Virus record (IMG/VR): IMGVR_UViG_3300046170_000302
DNA from: a virus
Taxonomy: Duplodnaviria; Caudoviricetes
Direction: 5' to 3' (one strand)
Length of the DNA: 64,000 nt
The translations under genes were made by a program, and so were the position numbers. This document shows positions 8,779 to 18,465 of the stretch, piece after piece (the first letter of the stretch is position 1; each line of letters opens with the position of its first letter). The notes under the pieces are model-generated. The model was given only the letters and a program-made list of their open reading frames with translations, ran no database searches and had not been told where the DNA came from.

Positions 8779-10360
8779 TGACTTGGAACTTACTTACAGT
8801 ATCATTTGGTAATAATAAGTATAGGAGAGGACAATCTTTTCTAAACAAACTATCAAAACAGTTAGGTGTAAATCACTTTGCTGTTGATGAGGAATCACTT
8901 TTTAACTCCGAGATCTACAAAGAGAATGAGGAGTGGTTCTCGAAGATAATAACTATGGTCACTTTGCTTGGAAACCATACTTTCTCCTACAGACTATGGA
9001 GAAGTTGGAAGAGGGTGATAAGATTCTAGCACTGGATGCTCTTGATATCTTTCACCCTGAAATCTTTAAAGCTGTCGATGATATCTGGGAGGGTGACCCA
9101 TGTCTCCTTCCCTTAGGTAATTCAGTCCAAGGTGAATACACCAAGAGAGATTGTTTTCATTACATGGATTGTGATGAAGAGGATTACTGGGAGTCTAAAC
9201 AACTCGAAGCTGGTTTTACATTCTGGAAAGTGTGTGATGAGTCAAAGAAGATTCTGAAAGACTGGTTAAAGTGGTGTCTAGATGAAAGAACTAATGGTGA
9301 GGTTACTACATTCTCTGGTAAGGGAGAGTTGGATGGATTCGAAGAGGTTCGTCATGATCAAAGTATCCTTACTAACATTGCTATTCGTGATGGACTCCCA
9401 GTAGTTGGTAGTGACATTCGTAACTTTATTGAGTGTAATGCTGACTACTGGTATGAGAGATACAACAAAGGAATTGTTTCTCTCTATCGTCCTATTGATC
9501 AGTTCCTTGTAAGTATCAAAGACCAGGTTGATTACCTAAAACCAGAACCAGTCGATAGTTTGATCCTTACAGTCCACAACCAAGAAGATATTATTGAGGA
9601 TGTATTGAAAGGTATTGAGGATAATACTGATGGTAACTATGAGTTGATTGTAGTTGTGGATGGTTGCACTGATAAATCAGAAAAAGTCATCACAGACTAT
9701 TTGAAAAACTCTGAGATTACTAATTCTGTAATCAATACACCAGATGTATTTGAGACAAAGGCAAACAACGCTGGTCTCAAATTGGCTCAAGGTAAATATG
9801 TAACTATCATCCAAGATGATATGGTCATTCGTGAGAAGGGTTGGAATACTCGTATGAGGAAACCCTTTGAAGCGTTTGATGATGTGTTTGCTGTGACTGC
9901 TAGAACTGCACACAACTACAAGTTCAATCCAAACTCCACACATCTTGGAATGGAGGAAGACTTGGATAACTGTTGGTGTGATATTGTAGATCCATGTGAT
10001 GAAGCAAATCAATCAAACATTGATAGAAACACATTTGCTGTAAGAGGCACAGTAAATCGTGGTCCTCTGATGATCAATAGTGAAGATCTTAGAAAGATGA
10101 ATTACTTTGATGAGGAGTTCTCACCACAGGATATGGATGATCACGATCTCATGTTCCGTATGAGAAAGAAACTCAATAAGGTTGTGGGTTGTTATTGGAT
10201 TGATTTTGTATCAGATCCAAGTTGGGGTGGAACTCGTAAGGAGACTGGAGAACCAGCACCATGGTTGTATAAATCACAACACAAAAACAGTAAAATATTC
10301 TACAATAGAAACAAAGACAATCTTGAGAGAATTATTATTAACAGGGAGTTACCAGAATGA
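8778..10360 (+). CDS. Two-domain glycosyltransferase with C-terminal GT2 domain; frameshift near 8945
   Basis: WKP..L, RHDQSIL N-terminal domain; VVVDGCTD, IQDD, DDHD GT2 domain. Confidence 0.78.
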
Positions 10361-10998
10361 CATACAGTAAAAGGTTTAGTAGTAAGTTCTTTGCTAAGAT
10401 GCTACAACCAGCAGGACCAAATAATCCTGTAAGAGATAGGGCAACTTCCCTCTCTATGGTGTTTGAGATCTTAGATGAGAAGAAGAATAAAGACTTCTTC
10501 ATTGTAGAGACAGGATGTATGAGAGCAGACCATGGTCAACTTGCTCTTGGTGATGATGGAGCTAGTACCTACATCTTTGATGACTTCATTAACTACTATG
10601 ATGGTGAAGTAGCTTCAGTGGATATCAATCCAGATAATGTGGCACACGCTCAGAAGATGGTATCTGACAAGACACAGGTGTATTGTAGTGATTCAGTAGA
10701 GTTTCTATGGAACATTCCTTCGAAGAGAAAGATTGATCTATTGTATCTGGACTCATTTGATTTTGAACCAGAAGATCCTATTCCTTCACAGAAACATCAT
10801 CTTAAGGAACTCACAGCAGTTATGAAAAACTTGAGAAAAGGTAGTATAATTATGGTTGATGACAACCTTAATACCCCTGAGTTTGAATGGTTCACCAAGA
10901 TTGCACAAGGTGGTAAGGCAGGATTCGTAAAAGAGTTCATGAAAGACATTGGAGCAGAGCTCCTCCTAGACGAGTATCAAATTATTTGGAGGTTATGA
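10357..10998 (+). CDS. Class I SAM-dependent methyltransferase
   Basis: IVETG, SVDI, DSVEFL, LLYLDS, MVDD. Confidence 0.75.
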   Translation: MTYSKRFSSKFFAKMLQPAGPNNPVRDRATSLSMVFEILDEKKNKDFFIVETGCMRADHGQLALGDDGASTYIFDDFINYYDGEVASVDINPDNVAHAQKMVSDKTQVYCSDSVEFLWNIPSKRKIDLLYLDSFDFEPEDPIPSQKHHLKELTAVMKNLRKGSIIMVDDNLNTPEFEWFTKIAQGGKAGFVKEFMKDIGAELLLDEYQIIWRL

Positions 10999-11291
10999 TG
11001 AACGTAAAACTGTTTCGTATTGTCACTGGCGAAGAAGTAATTGCAGAGGTAGTTGAAGAAAACGCATCTACTGTAACTGTAAGAAATGGACTGGTTGTGA
11101 TTCCACAGGCACAGAACATTGGGTTTGCACCTTGGGCTACTGTGGTTAGTAGAGAGAAACCAGAACTCGAAGTTTCTCGCACACACATTGTATATGTTGG
11201 TGAGGTAGAACACTCTATTAGAGAGAAGTATGATTCTATCTACGGTAGTAAACTGGTAACACCTGAACCCAAGAGTTTGATTCTCCAATGA
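10995..11291 (+). CDS. Conserved T4-like hypothetical protein (possible Sm-like beta fold)
   Basis: VKLFRIVTGEEVIAEV pattern. Confidence 0.65.
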   Translation: MMNVKLFRIVTGEEVIAEVVEENASTVTVRNGLVVIPQAQNIGFAPWATVVSREKPELEVSRTHIVYVGEVEHSIREKYDSIYGSKLVTPEPKSLILQ

Positions 11292-11938
11292 GCTATTTTC
11301 AATTTGCTAAGAACTACTATTCTGCCAATGGTGAGGATGGTATCACAGAACAACTATTCAAAGATCTCAATATCAATGATGGTGTAGTATGTGAGTTTGG
11401 TGCATGGGATGGATTTGACAATAGTAATACTGCATACTTCTGGTTCACCAAAGACTTCTCAGCTATTTTAATTGAAGGTCTAGAGAGTAGATTTAATCAA
11501 CTTGTAGGTAACACAAAGGGGTTTGATGTAACCTGTATCAAGAACATGATACAAGAATCTGGTGATGATAGTATTGATAACATTCTTGATCGGTCTATGG
11601 TGAAGTTGAACGATGATAACTTTGCTTTGATGTCTATTGACATTGATTCATTTGACTATTATGTGTTTGGTAGTATCAAGAAGTATCGTCCTAAGGTTTG
11701 TATTGTAGAAACCAGTAGTGGATACACACCAGACCAAGACTTTGTTTCTCGTAACGCTGGTTGTTCTCTAAAGTCTGTAGCAGAACTAGGAGAGACTATT
11801 GGATATAAGTGTGTGATCCATACAGGTAATGCATATTTTGTTCGTGATGATTTGGTTCATCTTTTACCAGACTATGATTATAGTTTAGATGCAATCTATA
11901 GCTCTCCATCAGACATTGAGTCTAGACAAGTTGTATGA
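11288..11938 (+). CDS. FkbM-like methyltransferase
   Basis: SANGEDGI, CEFGAWDG, IEG, SIDID, RPKV.IVE. Confidence 0.75.
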   Translation: MSYFQFAKNYYSANGEDGITEQLFKDLNINDGVVCEFGAWDGFDNSNTAYFWFTKDFSAILIEGLESRFNQLVGNTKGFDVTCIKNMIQESGDDSIDNILDRSMVKLNDDNFALMSIDIDSFDYYVFGSIKKYRPKVCIVETSSGYTPDQDFVSRNAGCSLKSVAELGETIGYKCVIHTGNAYFVRDDLVHLLPDYDYSLDAIYSSPSDIESRQVV

Positions 11939-12369
11939 TTTTAGACATCCTACATGATGGTGATGAGATACTGAAAAAGATATCTTGTTCTGTCATTTTA
12001 GATGATGAAGTTAGAGAGTTCATTGGATCTATGAAAGAAACAATGATCGATGCTAATGGTATAGGTTTAGCTGCACCTCAAGTTGGTAGAAATATCAGAG
12101 TCATTGTAGTTAAACTTCAGTATGGTGACATACAAGAGATGATTAATCCGGCTATCAAATGGTATTCGGATCACACTGTCAATATTGAGGAAGGATGTTT
12201 GAGTATTCCTGGTAAACATATTGAACTTATCAGACCCAGTAAAATCTCAATATCATTTCAAGATTTGAGTGGTAAATATAAAAGGTGGAAACTAAAATCA
12301 CTTGAAGCTCGTATAGTTCAACATGAGATCGATCACTTAGATGGAGTATTGATGACGGATTATGAGTGA
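11935..12369 (+). CDS. def: Peptide deformylase
   Basis: All three motifs present: GIGLAAPQVG, EGCLS, QHEIDHLDG. Confidence 0.95.
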   Translation: MILDILHDGDEILKKISCSVILDDEVREFIGSMKETMIDANGIGLAAPQVGRNIRVIVVKLQYGDIQEMINPAIKWYSDHTVNIEEGCLSIPGKHIELIRPSKISISFQDLSGKYKRWKLKSLEARIVQHEIDHLDGVLMTDYE

Positions 12370-12392
12370 TAAAATTATTCTGAGGAAGAGAA

Positions 12393-13406
12393 ATGAAAGC
12401 TGTTGTTCTTGAAGAACTAAATCAACCTCTTGCACTTAGAGAAGTAGGATTAACTGAACTTAAGTTCGGTCAGGTATTAGTAAAAGTATTGGTAAGTGGA
12501 TTATGTGGAGCACAACTTCGTCAGATTAAAGGTCATGAAGGTAACGAAAAGTTTCTACCACACTTGATAGGTCATGAGGGTTGTGGTATCGTTGAGGGTG
12601 TGGGTATTGGTGTCACTACCGTAAGACCTGGAGACAAAGTTGTTATGCATTGTCACCTTGGTTCTGGTATAGAATCATCTTCCCCTTCATATACTTTGGA
12701 TGGTAAGACTATCTCTAGTGGAAAGATTACTACCCTAAGTGAGTTCTCTATCGTATCTGAAAATCGTGTTACTAAGATTGATCTCAAAACCCCTTCGGTT
12801 CTCGCTGCTATGCTTGGTTGTAGTCTCACCACTGCTCTGGGTATTGTTGACAATGAATGTGAACTGAAGTTCGGTGAGTCTGTTGCTATTCTTGGTTGTG
12901 GTGGTGTAGGGTTGAACCTTATCCAAGCAGCCAAGATGAAGAATGCATCACCCATTTATGGTGTGGATATAAACCAAAGCATGTTTGATCTAGCTTCACA
13001 ACTAGGAGCAGACTGTTTTGTGTATGATATTCAATATCTTCCAAATAAATGTGATATTATTATCGACACAACTGGTATTCCTGATGTTATCTCTGCAGCT
13101 TTTGAAAGATTGAAACCTGGTGGAAGATTGATCCTAACTGGACAACCTGCACCAGACCGTCTTGTATGTCTTCCTAATGTTGTATCCATGTTTGATGGTG
13201 ATGGTAAGTCTATTCGTGCCATAAGAGGTGGTGGGACTGATCCTGAGAAGGATATCCCTCGTTATATTAAACTTGCCCTCAAAGGTTTATTGGATTATGA
13301 GACCATACATACTCATACATTTACACTCGATGAAATCAATGAAGCTTTTGATTTGTTGAGGAGTGGAAGTGCTGGTAAAATTATGATAAAGATTAGCGAA
13401 TCATGA
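12393..13406 (+). CDS. Zinc-binding (MDR) alcohol/polyol dehydrogenase
   Basis: GLCG, GHEG, GCGGVG Rossmann motif. Confidence 0.9.
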   Translation: MKAVVLEELNQPLALREVGLTELKFGQVLVKVLVSGLCGAQLRQIKGHEGNEKFLPHLIGHEGCGIVEGVGIGVTTVRPGDKVVMHCHLGSGIESSSPSYTLDGKTISSGKITTLSEFSIVSENRVTKIDLKTPSVLAAMLGCSLTTALGIVDNECELKFGESVAILGCGGVGLNLIQAAKMKNASPIYGVDINQSMFDLASQLGADCFVYDIQYLPNKCDIIIDTTGIPDVISAAFERLKPGGRLILTGQPAPDRLVCLPNVVSMFDGDGKSIRAIRGGGTDPEKDIPRYIKLALKGLLDYETIHTHTFTLDEINEAFDLLRSGSAGKIMIKISES

Positions 13407-13558
13407 AACGACTAGACAAAGAAACAGGTAAACTCATGACACAATTGAACATCAGTAATCTGGTTCAATCTCTTGAGGCTGAAGTAACTTATCTTACCTG
13501 TTGGGATTACAACGGTAAGAAAACTAAGAAAATTGTATTTGAGTACACTGATGAGTGA
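13403..13558 (+). CDS. 51-aa hypothetical protein
   Basis: MKRLDKETGKLM...KKIVFEYTDE*, fills the gap with overlaps at both ends. Confidence 0.55.
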   Translation: MKRLDKETGKLMTQLNISNLVQSLEAEVTYLTCWDYNGKKTKKIVFEYTDE

Positions 13559-14285
13559 TGTAATCCTAGCAGCATGGCATGGAGGGTTGGGTGATAATAT
13601 TCAATTCTCCACATTACCTGAAGAGTTCTACAAACAACAGGGTAGAGAAACATATCTGAAGGATGGTTCATCTTTCAGAAACGAAGGTATCTATGAATTG
13701 ATTTGGAAATACAATCCTTATATCAAAGGTATCAAAGAGGGTGAATGGAATGCAGGTGATATCCCAGAGATTGAATATTCCAATGTAGCTGGAACCTGTA
13801 TTGCAAACTGGGAAAAACTTCATGGGTTAGAACCAACTAATAAGTATCCAAAGATATACTACAAACCCAAAGTATCTTCAAAATATAGTGGTGTTTATCT
13901 GGTTGACTTCACATGTATAAGTATTGATTATGATATGGGGAAGTTAATCAATAAACTGAAACAACTTCAGAGTGAATATTCTGACATGAAGTTTGTTGAG
14001 GTAACATTCTCTGAAGACCTGAGTGGTGATGATGGGAAGTATAATCAGTATGACATGAACTTGGAGAAACTGGTTATCAATAATATCTTTGACTACTATG
14101 ACATCATTTGTAGTTGCTCTGGTCTGGTTGCTCTCAGTAGTGGAGCCAGTCACATGTCCTCTGCAGCAAAGGAACATAACAAATCTCTAAACAGTATTTG
14201 CATTATGGAGGAATCGTGGTATAATTACCATGTGAATAAAGGAAACCTCTTCATCTTTGACAACATTGACTATCAAGTAATATGA
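13551..14285 (+). CDS. GT-B glycosyltransferase-like protein (GT9/heptosyltransferase-like N-terminus)
   Basis: N-terminal WHGGLGDNIQFSTLP and late SSGASH motifs. Confidence 0.5.
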   Translation: MSDVILAAWHGGLGDNIQFSTLPEEFYKQQGRETYLKDGSSFRNEGIYELIWKYNPYIKGIKEGEWNAGDIPEIEYSNVAGTCIANWEKLHGLEPTNKYPKIYYKPKVSSKYSGVYLVDFTCISIDYDMGKLINKLKQLQSEYSDMKFVEVTFSEDLSGDDGKYNQYDMNLEKLVINNIFDYYDIICSCSGLVALSSGASHMSSAAKEHNKSLNSICIMEESWYNYHVNKGNLFIFDNIDYQVI

Positions 14286-15259
14286 AATTTTTAATCACAG
14301 GTATCACTGGGTTTGCTGGTCCACACCTAGCAAACCTTCTTCATGCACGAGGTCATGAGGTTTATGGTCTTATTCGTAGGACCAATGGAATGGAGAGTGA
14401 CATTCGTGATGTTGTTCCTGATGATGTGTATGAAGATATCACATTTGTATATGGAGAACTGACAAACTATCGTTCACTCGTTACTATCTTTAAAGATACT
14501 CAGTTCGATGGTGTCTTCCACCTTGCAGCTCAATCACACCCACCTACAAGTTTCCGTGATCCTATCGGAACTATGGATACTAATGTGATGGGTAGTGCTA
14601 ACCTGTTCCAAGTCATTCAAGACTTCCAGGATAACTGTAAGGTGATGTTCTGTTCTACATCTGAAGTTTATGGGAACGTTGGATCCGATGGTCGTAAGAT
14701 TCGTTGGGATGATACTATCCTTCCTTCTAATCCTTATGGTGCTTCTAAGGCAGCGACTGATGTTTATCTCCAAGAGAGATTTGCAAATGGATTCATGAAA
14801 GGTTTCATCACTCGTGCGTTCTCACACACTGGTCCACGTCGTGGTCGTATCTTCTCTATCTCCTCTGATGCTTATCAGATTGCAAGGATGATGAGAGGGT
14901 ATCAAGAACCAACTCTATTGATTGGAAACCTCTCTACAACCCGTGTGGTGATGGATGTGAGGGATACAGTAAGAGCATACTACTTGGCTATGATTAATCC
15001 TGAAGTGAAGGATCAAATCTTTAATGTGTGTGGTGATACTCCTCGACAGATGCAGTATTTTACTGATAAGTTGATTGAACTATCTGGTCTAAAGGATGTG
15101 AAACAGAAGATCCATCAACCATTCTGGAGACCACATGAGATTCACTATCAACATGGCGACTCTACTAACCTTGTAGAGATGACAGGATTTGAAGAGGAGT
15201 ATAATATTGACACAACTCTGATGGATCTGTTACGATACTGGTATGACAAACTATCATGA
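14282..15259 (+). CDS. gmd: GDP-sugar 4,6-dehydratase (Gmd/DmhA-like)
   Basis: GITGFAG, HLAAQS, STSEVYG, PYGASK, HTGPRR. Confidence 0.85.
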   Translation: MKFLITGITGFAGPHLANLLHARGHEVYGLIRRTNGMESDIRDVVPDDVYEDITFVYGELTNYRSLVTIFKDTQFDGVFHLAAQSHPPTSFRDPIGTMDTNVMGSANLFQVIQDFQDNCKVMFCSTSEVYGNVGSDGRKIRWDDTILPSNPYGASKAATDVYLQERFANGFMKGFITRAFSHTGPRRGRIFSISSDAYQIARMMRGYQEPTLLIGNLSTTRVVMDVRDTVRAYYLAMINPEVKDQIFNVCGDTPRQMQYFTDKLIELSGLKDVKQKIHQPFWRPHEIHYQHGDSTNLVEMTGFEEEYNIDTTLMDLLRYWYDKLS

Positions 15260-15996
15260 AGAAGATTTTAATCATTGGTGATAGTTGTAAAGACATCTAC
15301 ACCTATTGTGATGTTAAAAGATTGTCACCTGAAAAACCTGTCCCTGTTCTTGAGGTAGATCATGTAGAAGAGATGCCCGGTATGGCTATGAATGTCTACC
15401 GGAATGTATGTCACATGATGCCAAGAAAGAAAGTAGACATTGTTACCAATAATAATTGGAAGAGTGTCACAAAGAATAGATTTGTGGACCAGAAAAGTAA
15501 TCACATGTTTAGTCGTGTTGATACCCCGCAGTTTATTGATAGGGTTGATGTATTTGAATTAAAGTTAGAGGACTATGAGTATGTCATCATTTCAGATTAT
15601 GATAAGGGATTTATTTACTGGGATGATATTGAGTGGATTTGTTCTCGCCATAGTTCCGTTTTTCTTGACACGAAAAAGGAGTTGGACACTTGGGCATTTG
15701 ATGCTAAGTATATCAAGATCAATAACTTCGAAGCTGAAAGAAGTTGTATTATGGTTGAACACTTGGGCGAAAAGGTGATTCAAACCTGTGGTAGTGATGG
15801 TGTATTTTGGAATGGTGATCTGTTCCCTGTGAAAGATAAGGTAGAAACACTAGACGTTAGTGGTGCTGGAGATACCTTCTTAGCAGCACTTGTGGTAAGA
15901 TACTCACAGGATAAGAAGATTGTAAGTTCTATCAAGTATGCCAATAGACAGGCAAGTAAGGTAGTATCTAAAAGAGGAACTAGTGTCCCAGACTAA
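15256..15996 (+). CDS. PfkB-family sugar kinase, HldE/RfaE domain I-like
   Basis: IGD..D, RLSPEKPVPV, SDYDKG, DVSGAGDT. Confidence 0.85.
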   Translation: MKKILIIGDSCKDIYTYCDVKRLSPEKPVPVLEVDHVEEMPGMAMNVYRNVCHMMPRKKVDIVTNNNWKSVTKNRFVDQKSNHMFSRVDTPQFIDRVDVFELKLEDYEYVIISDYDKGFIYWDDIEWICSRHSSVFLDTKKELDTWAFDAKYIKINNFEAERSCIMVEHLGEKVIQTCGSDGVFWNGDLFPVKDKVETLDVSGAGDTFLAALVVRYSQDKKIVSSIKYANRQASKVVSKRGTSVPD

Positions 15997-16402
15997 AACT
16001 ATTTGGTTAAATGGATGTTATGACATTCTTACTCCTGCTCACATTGAGTTATTCTCAGTAGCCAGATCCCTTGGTGGGACTGAAGGGAGAGTTATTGTTG
16101 GTCTCGATTCTGATGATAAAGTCAAGAGAAGTAAAGGAGATCTGAGACCTATCAATACATTCTCAGATCGTAAAATCATGTTAGAGTCTATTAGATACAT
16201 AGACTTAGTAATAGGGTTTGACAATCGTCAGGGATTAGAAAACTTGATTGAGATGTTCAAACCCGATATCATGTTACTAGGCGGAGATTGGAGAAATGGG
16301 GATGTCGTCGGACGACAACATTGTGAAGATGTCAGATTTCTTGACAGGAGGGAAGGGTATTCCTCAACAGATATCATCGAAAGGTGCAAACGATCTAATT
16401 AA
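15983..16402 (+). CDS. Cytidylyltransferase-like nucleotidyltransferase, HldE/RfaE domain II-like
   Basis: NGCYDIL..AH, VGLDSD, KG..RPIN, GGDW, EGYSST. Confidence 0.85.
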   Translation: MSQTKTIWLNGCYDILTPAHIELFSVARSLGGTEGRVIVGLDSDDKVKRSKGDLRPINTFSDRKIMLESIRYIDLVIGFDNRQGLENLIEMFKPDIMLLGGDWRNGDVVGRQHCEDVRFLDRREGYSSTDIIERCKRSN

Positions 16403-16739
16403 GTTTGTACCAAAAGGATGGGGATATGAGAAGTGGATTGTCAATTGTCCACTATATTGTGGTAAGATACTATTCATCGCTCAGGGTAAGAAGTGTTCCT
16501 GGCACTATCATAAGGTAAAGGATGAGGTATTCTATGTCCAGAGTGGTGCAATAGAAGTTATCTTTTCTTATAAAGATAACCCAGAGGTTGCTGATAAAAT
16601 CCTTCTAATAGAAGGAGATAAGTTTCATGTTCCTACAGGTATGAGACATCAAATGTATGCATTAAAAGATACAGAGTTGTTTGAGTTCTCGACACAACAC
16701 TTTGACTATGATAGTATTCGTTTACAGAAAGGAGACTGA
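16296..16739 (+). CDS. Cupin-fold sugar isomerase-like protein (start uncertain)
   Basis: KGWGYE, CSWHYH...KDEVFYV, HVPTGMRH. Confidence 0.75.
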   Translation: MGMSSDDNIVKMSDFLTGGKGIPQQISSKGANDLIKFVPKGWGYEKWIVNCPLYCGKILFIAQGKKCSWHYHKVKDEVFYVQSGAIEVIFSYKDNPEVADKILLIEGDKFHVPTGMRHQMYALKDTELFEFSTQHFDYDSIRLQKGD

Positions 16740-17083
16740 TGAGGTATTGTTTTGATATTGACGGTACAATCTGTACCCCAACTATAGGAAGGGCATACGA
16801 TCAGGCAATACCTTATACCTCAAGGATAGATCGTATCAATGGATTATATGATGAGGGACACTACATCATCTACTTTACAGCAAGAGCTATGGGTAGGTTT
16901 GCTGGTGACCCTGATGATAGACAGAAGGCCAAAGAAGCAATGGAAGATATTACTGCCGAGCAACTCAAGAAGTGGGGGTGTAAATATCATGAACTCCTGT
17001 TCGGTAAACCACACGCTGATGTGTTTATTGATGACAAGGGTGTAAGTGATTTGAATTGGTTTGATCAGGAAGGACTTCAGTAA
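16739..17083 (+). CDS. HAD-superfamily phosphatase (capsule-biosynthesis type)
   Basis: FDIDGT, FTAR, GKP..D.FIDDK. Confidence 0.82.
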   Translation: MRYCFDIDGTICTPTIGRAYDQAIPYTSRIDRINGLYDEGHYIIYFTARAMGRFAGDPDDRQKAKEAMEDITAEQLKKWGCKYHELLFGKPHADVFIDDKGVSDLNWFDQEGLQ

Positions 17084-17877
17084 TGGACAAGAACAAAGCA
17101 GTATTCAAGACTAAAAACATTGGTCCTATCTACTACATCAATCTGGATGATCAACCAGAGAGGCGTGAGTTTATGGAGAACCAGTTTAAGTACTGGGAGA
17201 TAGAGAACTACACCAGAGTATCTGCCTATGATGGTAGAGAAGATGATCTGAGTGATATTATCAAGGGTAGATACCCTGAGCTGATGTCATCCGGTGAGAT
17301 TGGTTGCACTACATCACATCTCAAAGCTATCAAACAGTTCTATGATAGTGGAGAACCATATGCAATCATGATGGAAGATGATTGTAGTTTAGATCTAATC
17401 AAGTATTGGAACTTTACTTGGAGAGATTTCTACTGTAAGCTTCCTTATGACTGGGATGTGTGTCAGATTGCAATCATCTGTACAGGAGATGTGCATATTA
17501 AGATTCATAAGAGATTTGTAAATGAGTTCTCTACTGCTTGTTATCTAATCACAAGACATCATGCAGAGAAGATGATTCGTCTTCATTGTCGTGGTGAGAA
17601 ATACAAACTGGACAATGGTGTAAGACCACGACCAGTTGCAGATGACCTTCTGTATAACTCAGGTAATACTTACGCTCTCCCTCTCCTTCTATATCACATC
17701 CCATTGGGGTCTAGTATCCATCCAGAACACGTTGATGCCTTCCATAAGGGTAACTTTGACGCTCAGTTTAACTTCTGGTCACAGAAGGGTGCACAGATGA
17801 GTATTGATGAACTGATGGATTATGATCCATATCTTGGTAGAGTGTCAGCGTCTTCACACCAACCGAACCAAGCTTGA
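17083..17877 (+). CDS. Glycosyltransferase family 25
   Basis: YYINLD...ERR, GEIGC..SH, MEDD. Confidence 0.85.
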   Translation: MDKNKAVFKTKNIGPIYYINLDDQPERREFMENQFKYWEIENYTRVSAYDGREDDLSDIIKGRYPELMSSGEIGCTTSHLKAIKQFYDSGEPYAIMMEDDCSLDLIKYWNFTWRDFYCKLPYDWDVCQIAIICTGDVHIKIHKRFVNEFSTACYLITRHHAEKMIRLHCRGEKYKLDNGVRPRPVADDLLYNSGNTYALPLLLYHIPLGSSIHPEHVDAFHKGNFDAQFNFWSQKGAQMSIDELMDYDPYLGRVSASSHQPNQA

Positions 17878-17907
17878 CGGTTTAGTAATTTATTACTATA
17901 ATAAATA
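17874..17907 (+). promoter_or_regulatory. Overlapping early (TTGACG-17-TATAAT) and late (ATAAATA) promoters
   Basis: TTGACG 17874-79, TATAAT 17897-902, ATAAATA 17901-907. Confidence 0.75.
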
Positions 17908-17909
17908 AA

Positions 17910-18060
17910 CTTGTGAGACGGTAATTCCTCACAAGATTTTTTTCAACAGTGCCCTACCCTCGCAAACTTAGGTTAGGGGCATGTAGTTCAAACAAACAGA
18001 GACGAGTCGAGTCTCTTTCCATCCGTAGGTTAAACTCTACGAGACAAAAAGGTAAAACAA
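17910..18060 (+). ncRNA. Structured 5' leader of the outer-membrane-protein gene
   Basis: Four hairpins: CTTGTGAG/CTCACAAG, TGCCC..GGGCA, AGAGAC/GTCTCT, CGTAG/CTACG. Confidence 0.45.
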
Positions 18061-18427
18061 ATGTTTAAATCTGTATTCGCAGCAACCGCTGCTCTGTCCA
18101 TGTCCGCTGGCGCTGCCCTTGCAGGTCCCTACGTCAACATCGAAACCAATGCTGGTTGGGTTGGCGATGACTACACCTTCTGCAACGACAGACCTCCACG
18201 TAGGTTTTGAAGGAGAAGCCGGTGCTGCTTCCTACTACATCCAGGCTGGTCCTGCAATCGTCGCTGTTGACGGCGAAGAGACTGACACCCAGTTCTCTGG
18301 TAAGGCAGGTATTGGCGTCCCCGTTTCCGACGCACTTGGCGTCTATGGTGAGATGTCCTTCCTGACCGCTGAAGACGAAGACGACTTCGGTGTTGGTGGC
18401 AAATTGGGTGTTAAGTACAACTTCTGA
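18061..18427 (+). CDS. Small outer-membrane beta-barrel protein; frameshift near 18178
   Basis: Signal peptide MFKSVFAATAALSMSAGAALA, alternating beta strands, C-terminal VKYNF. Confidence 0.75.
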
Positions 18428-18465
18428 TTGTTCATATAGACATATAAACATCTAGATGTTATACT

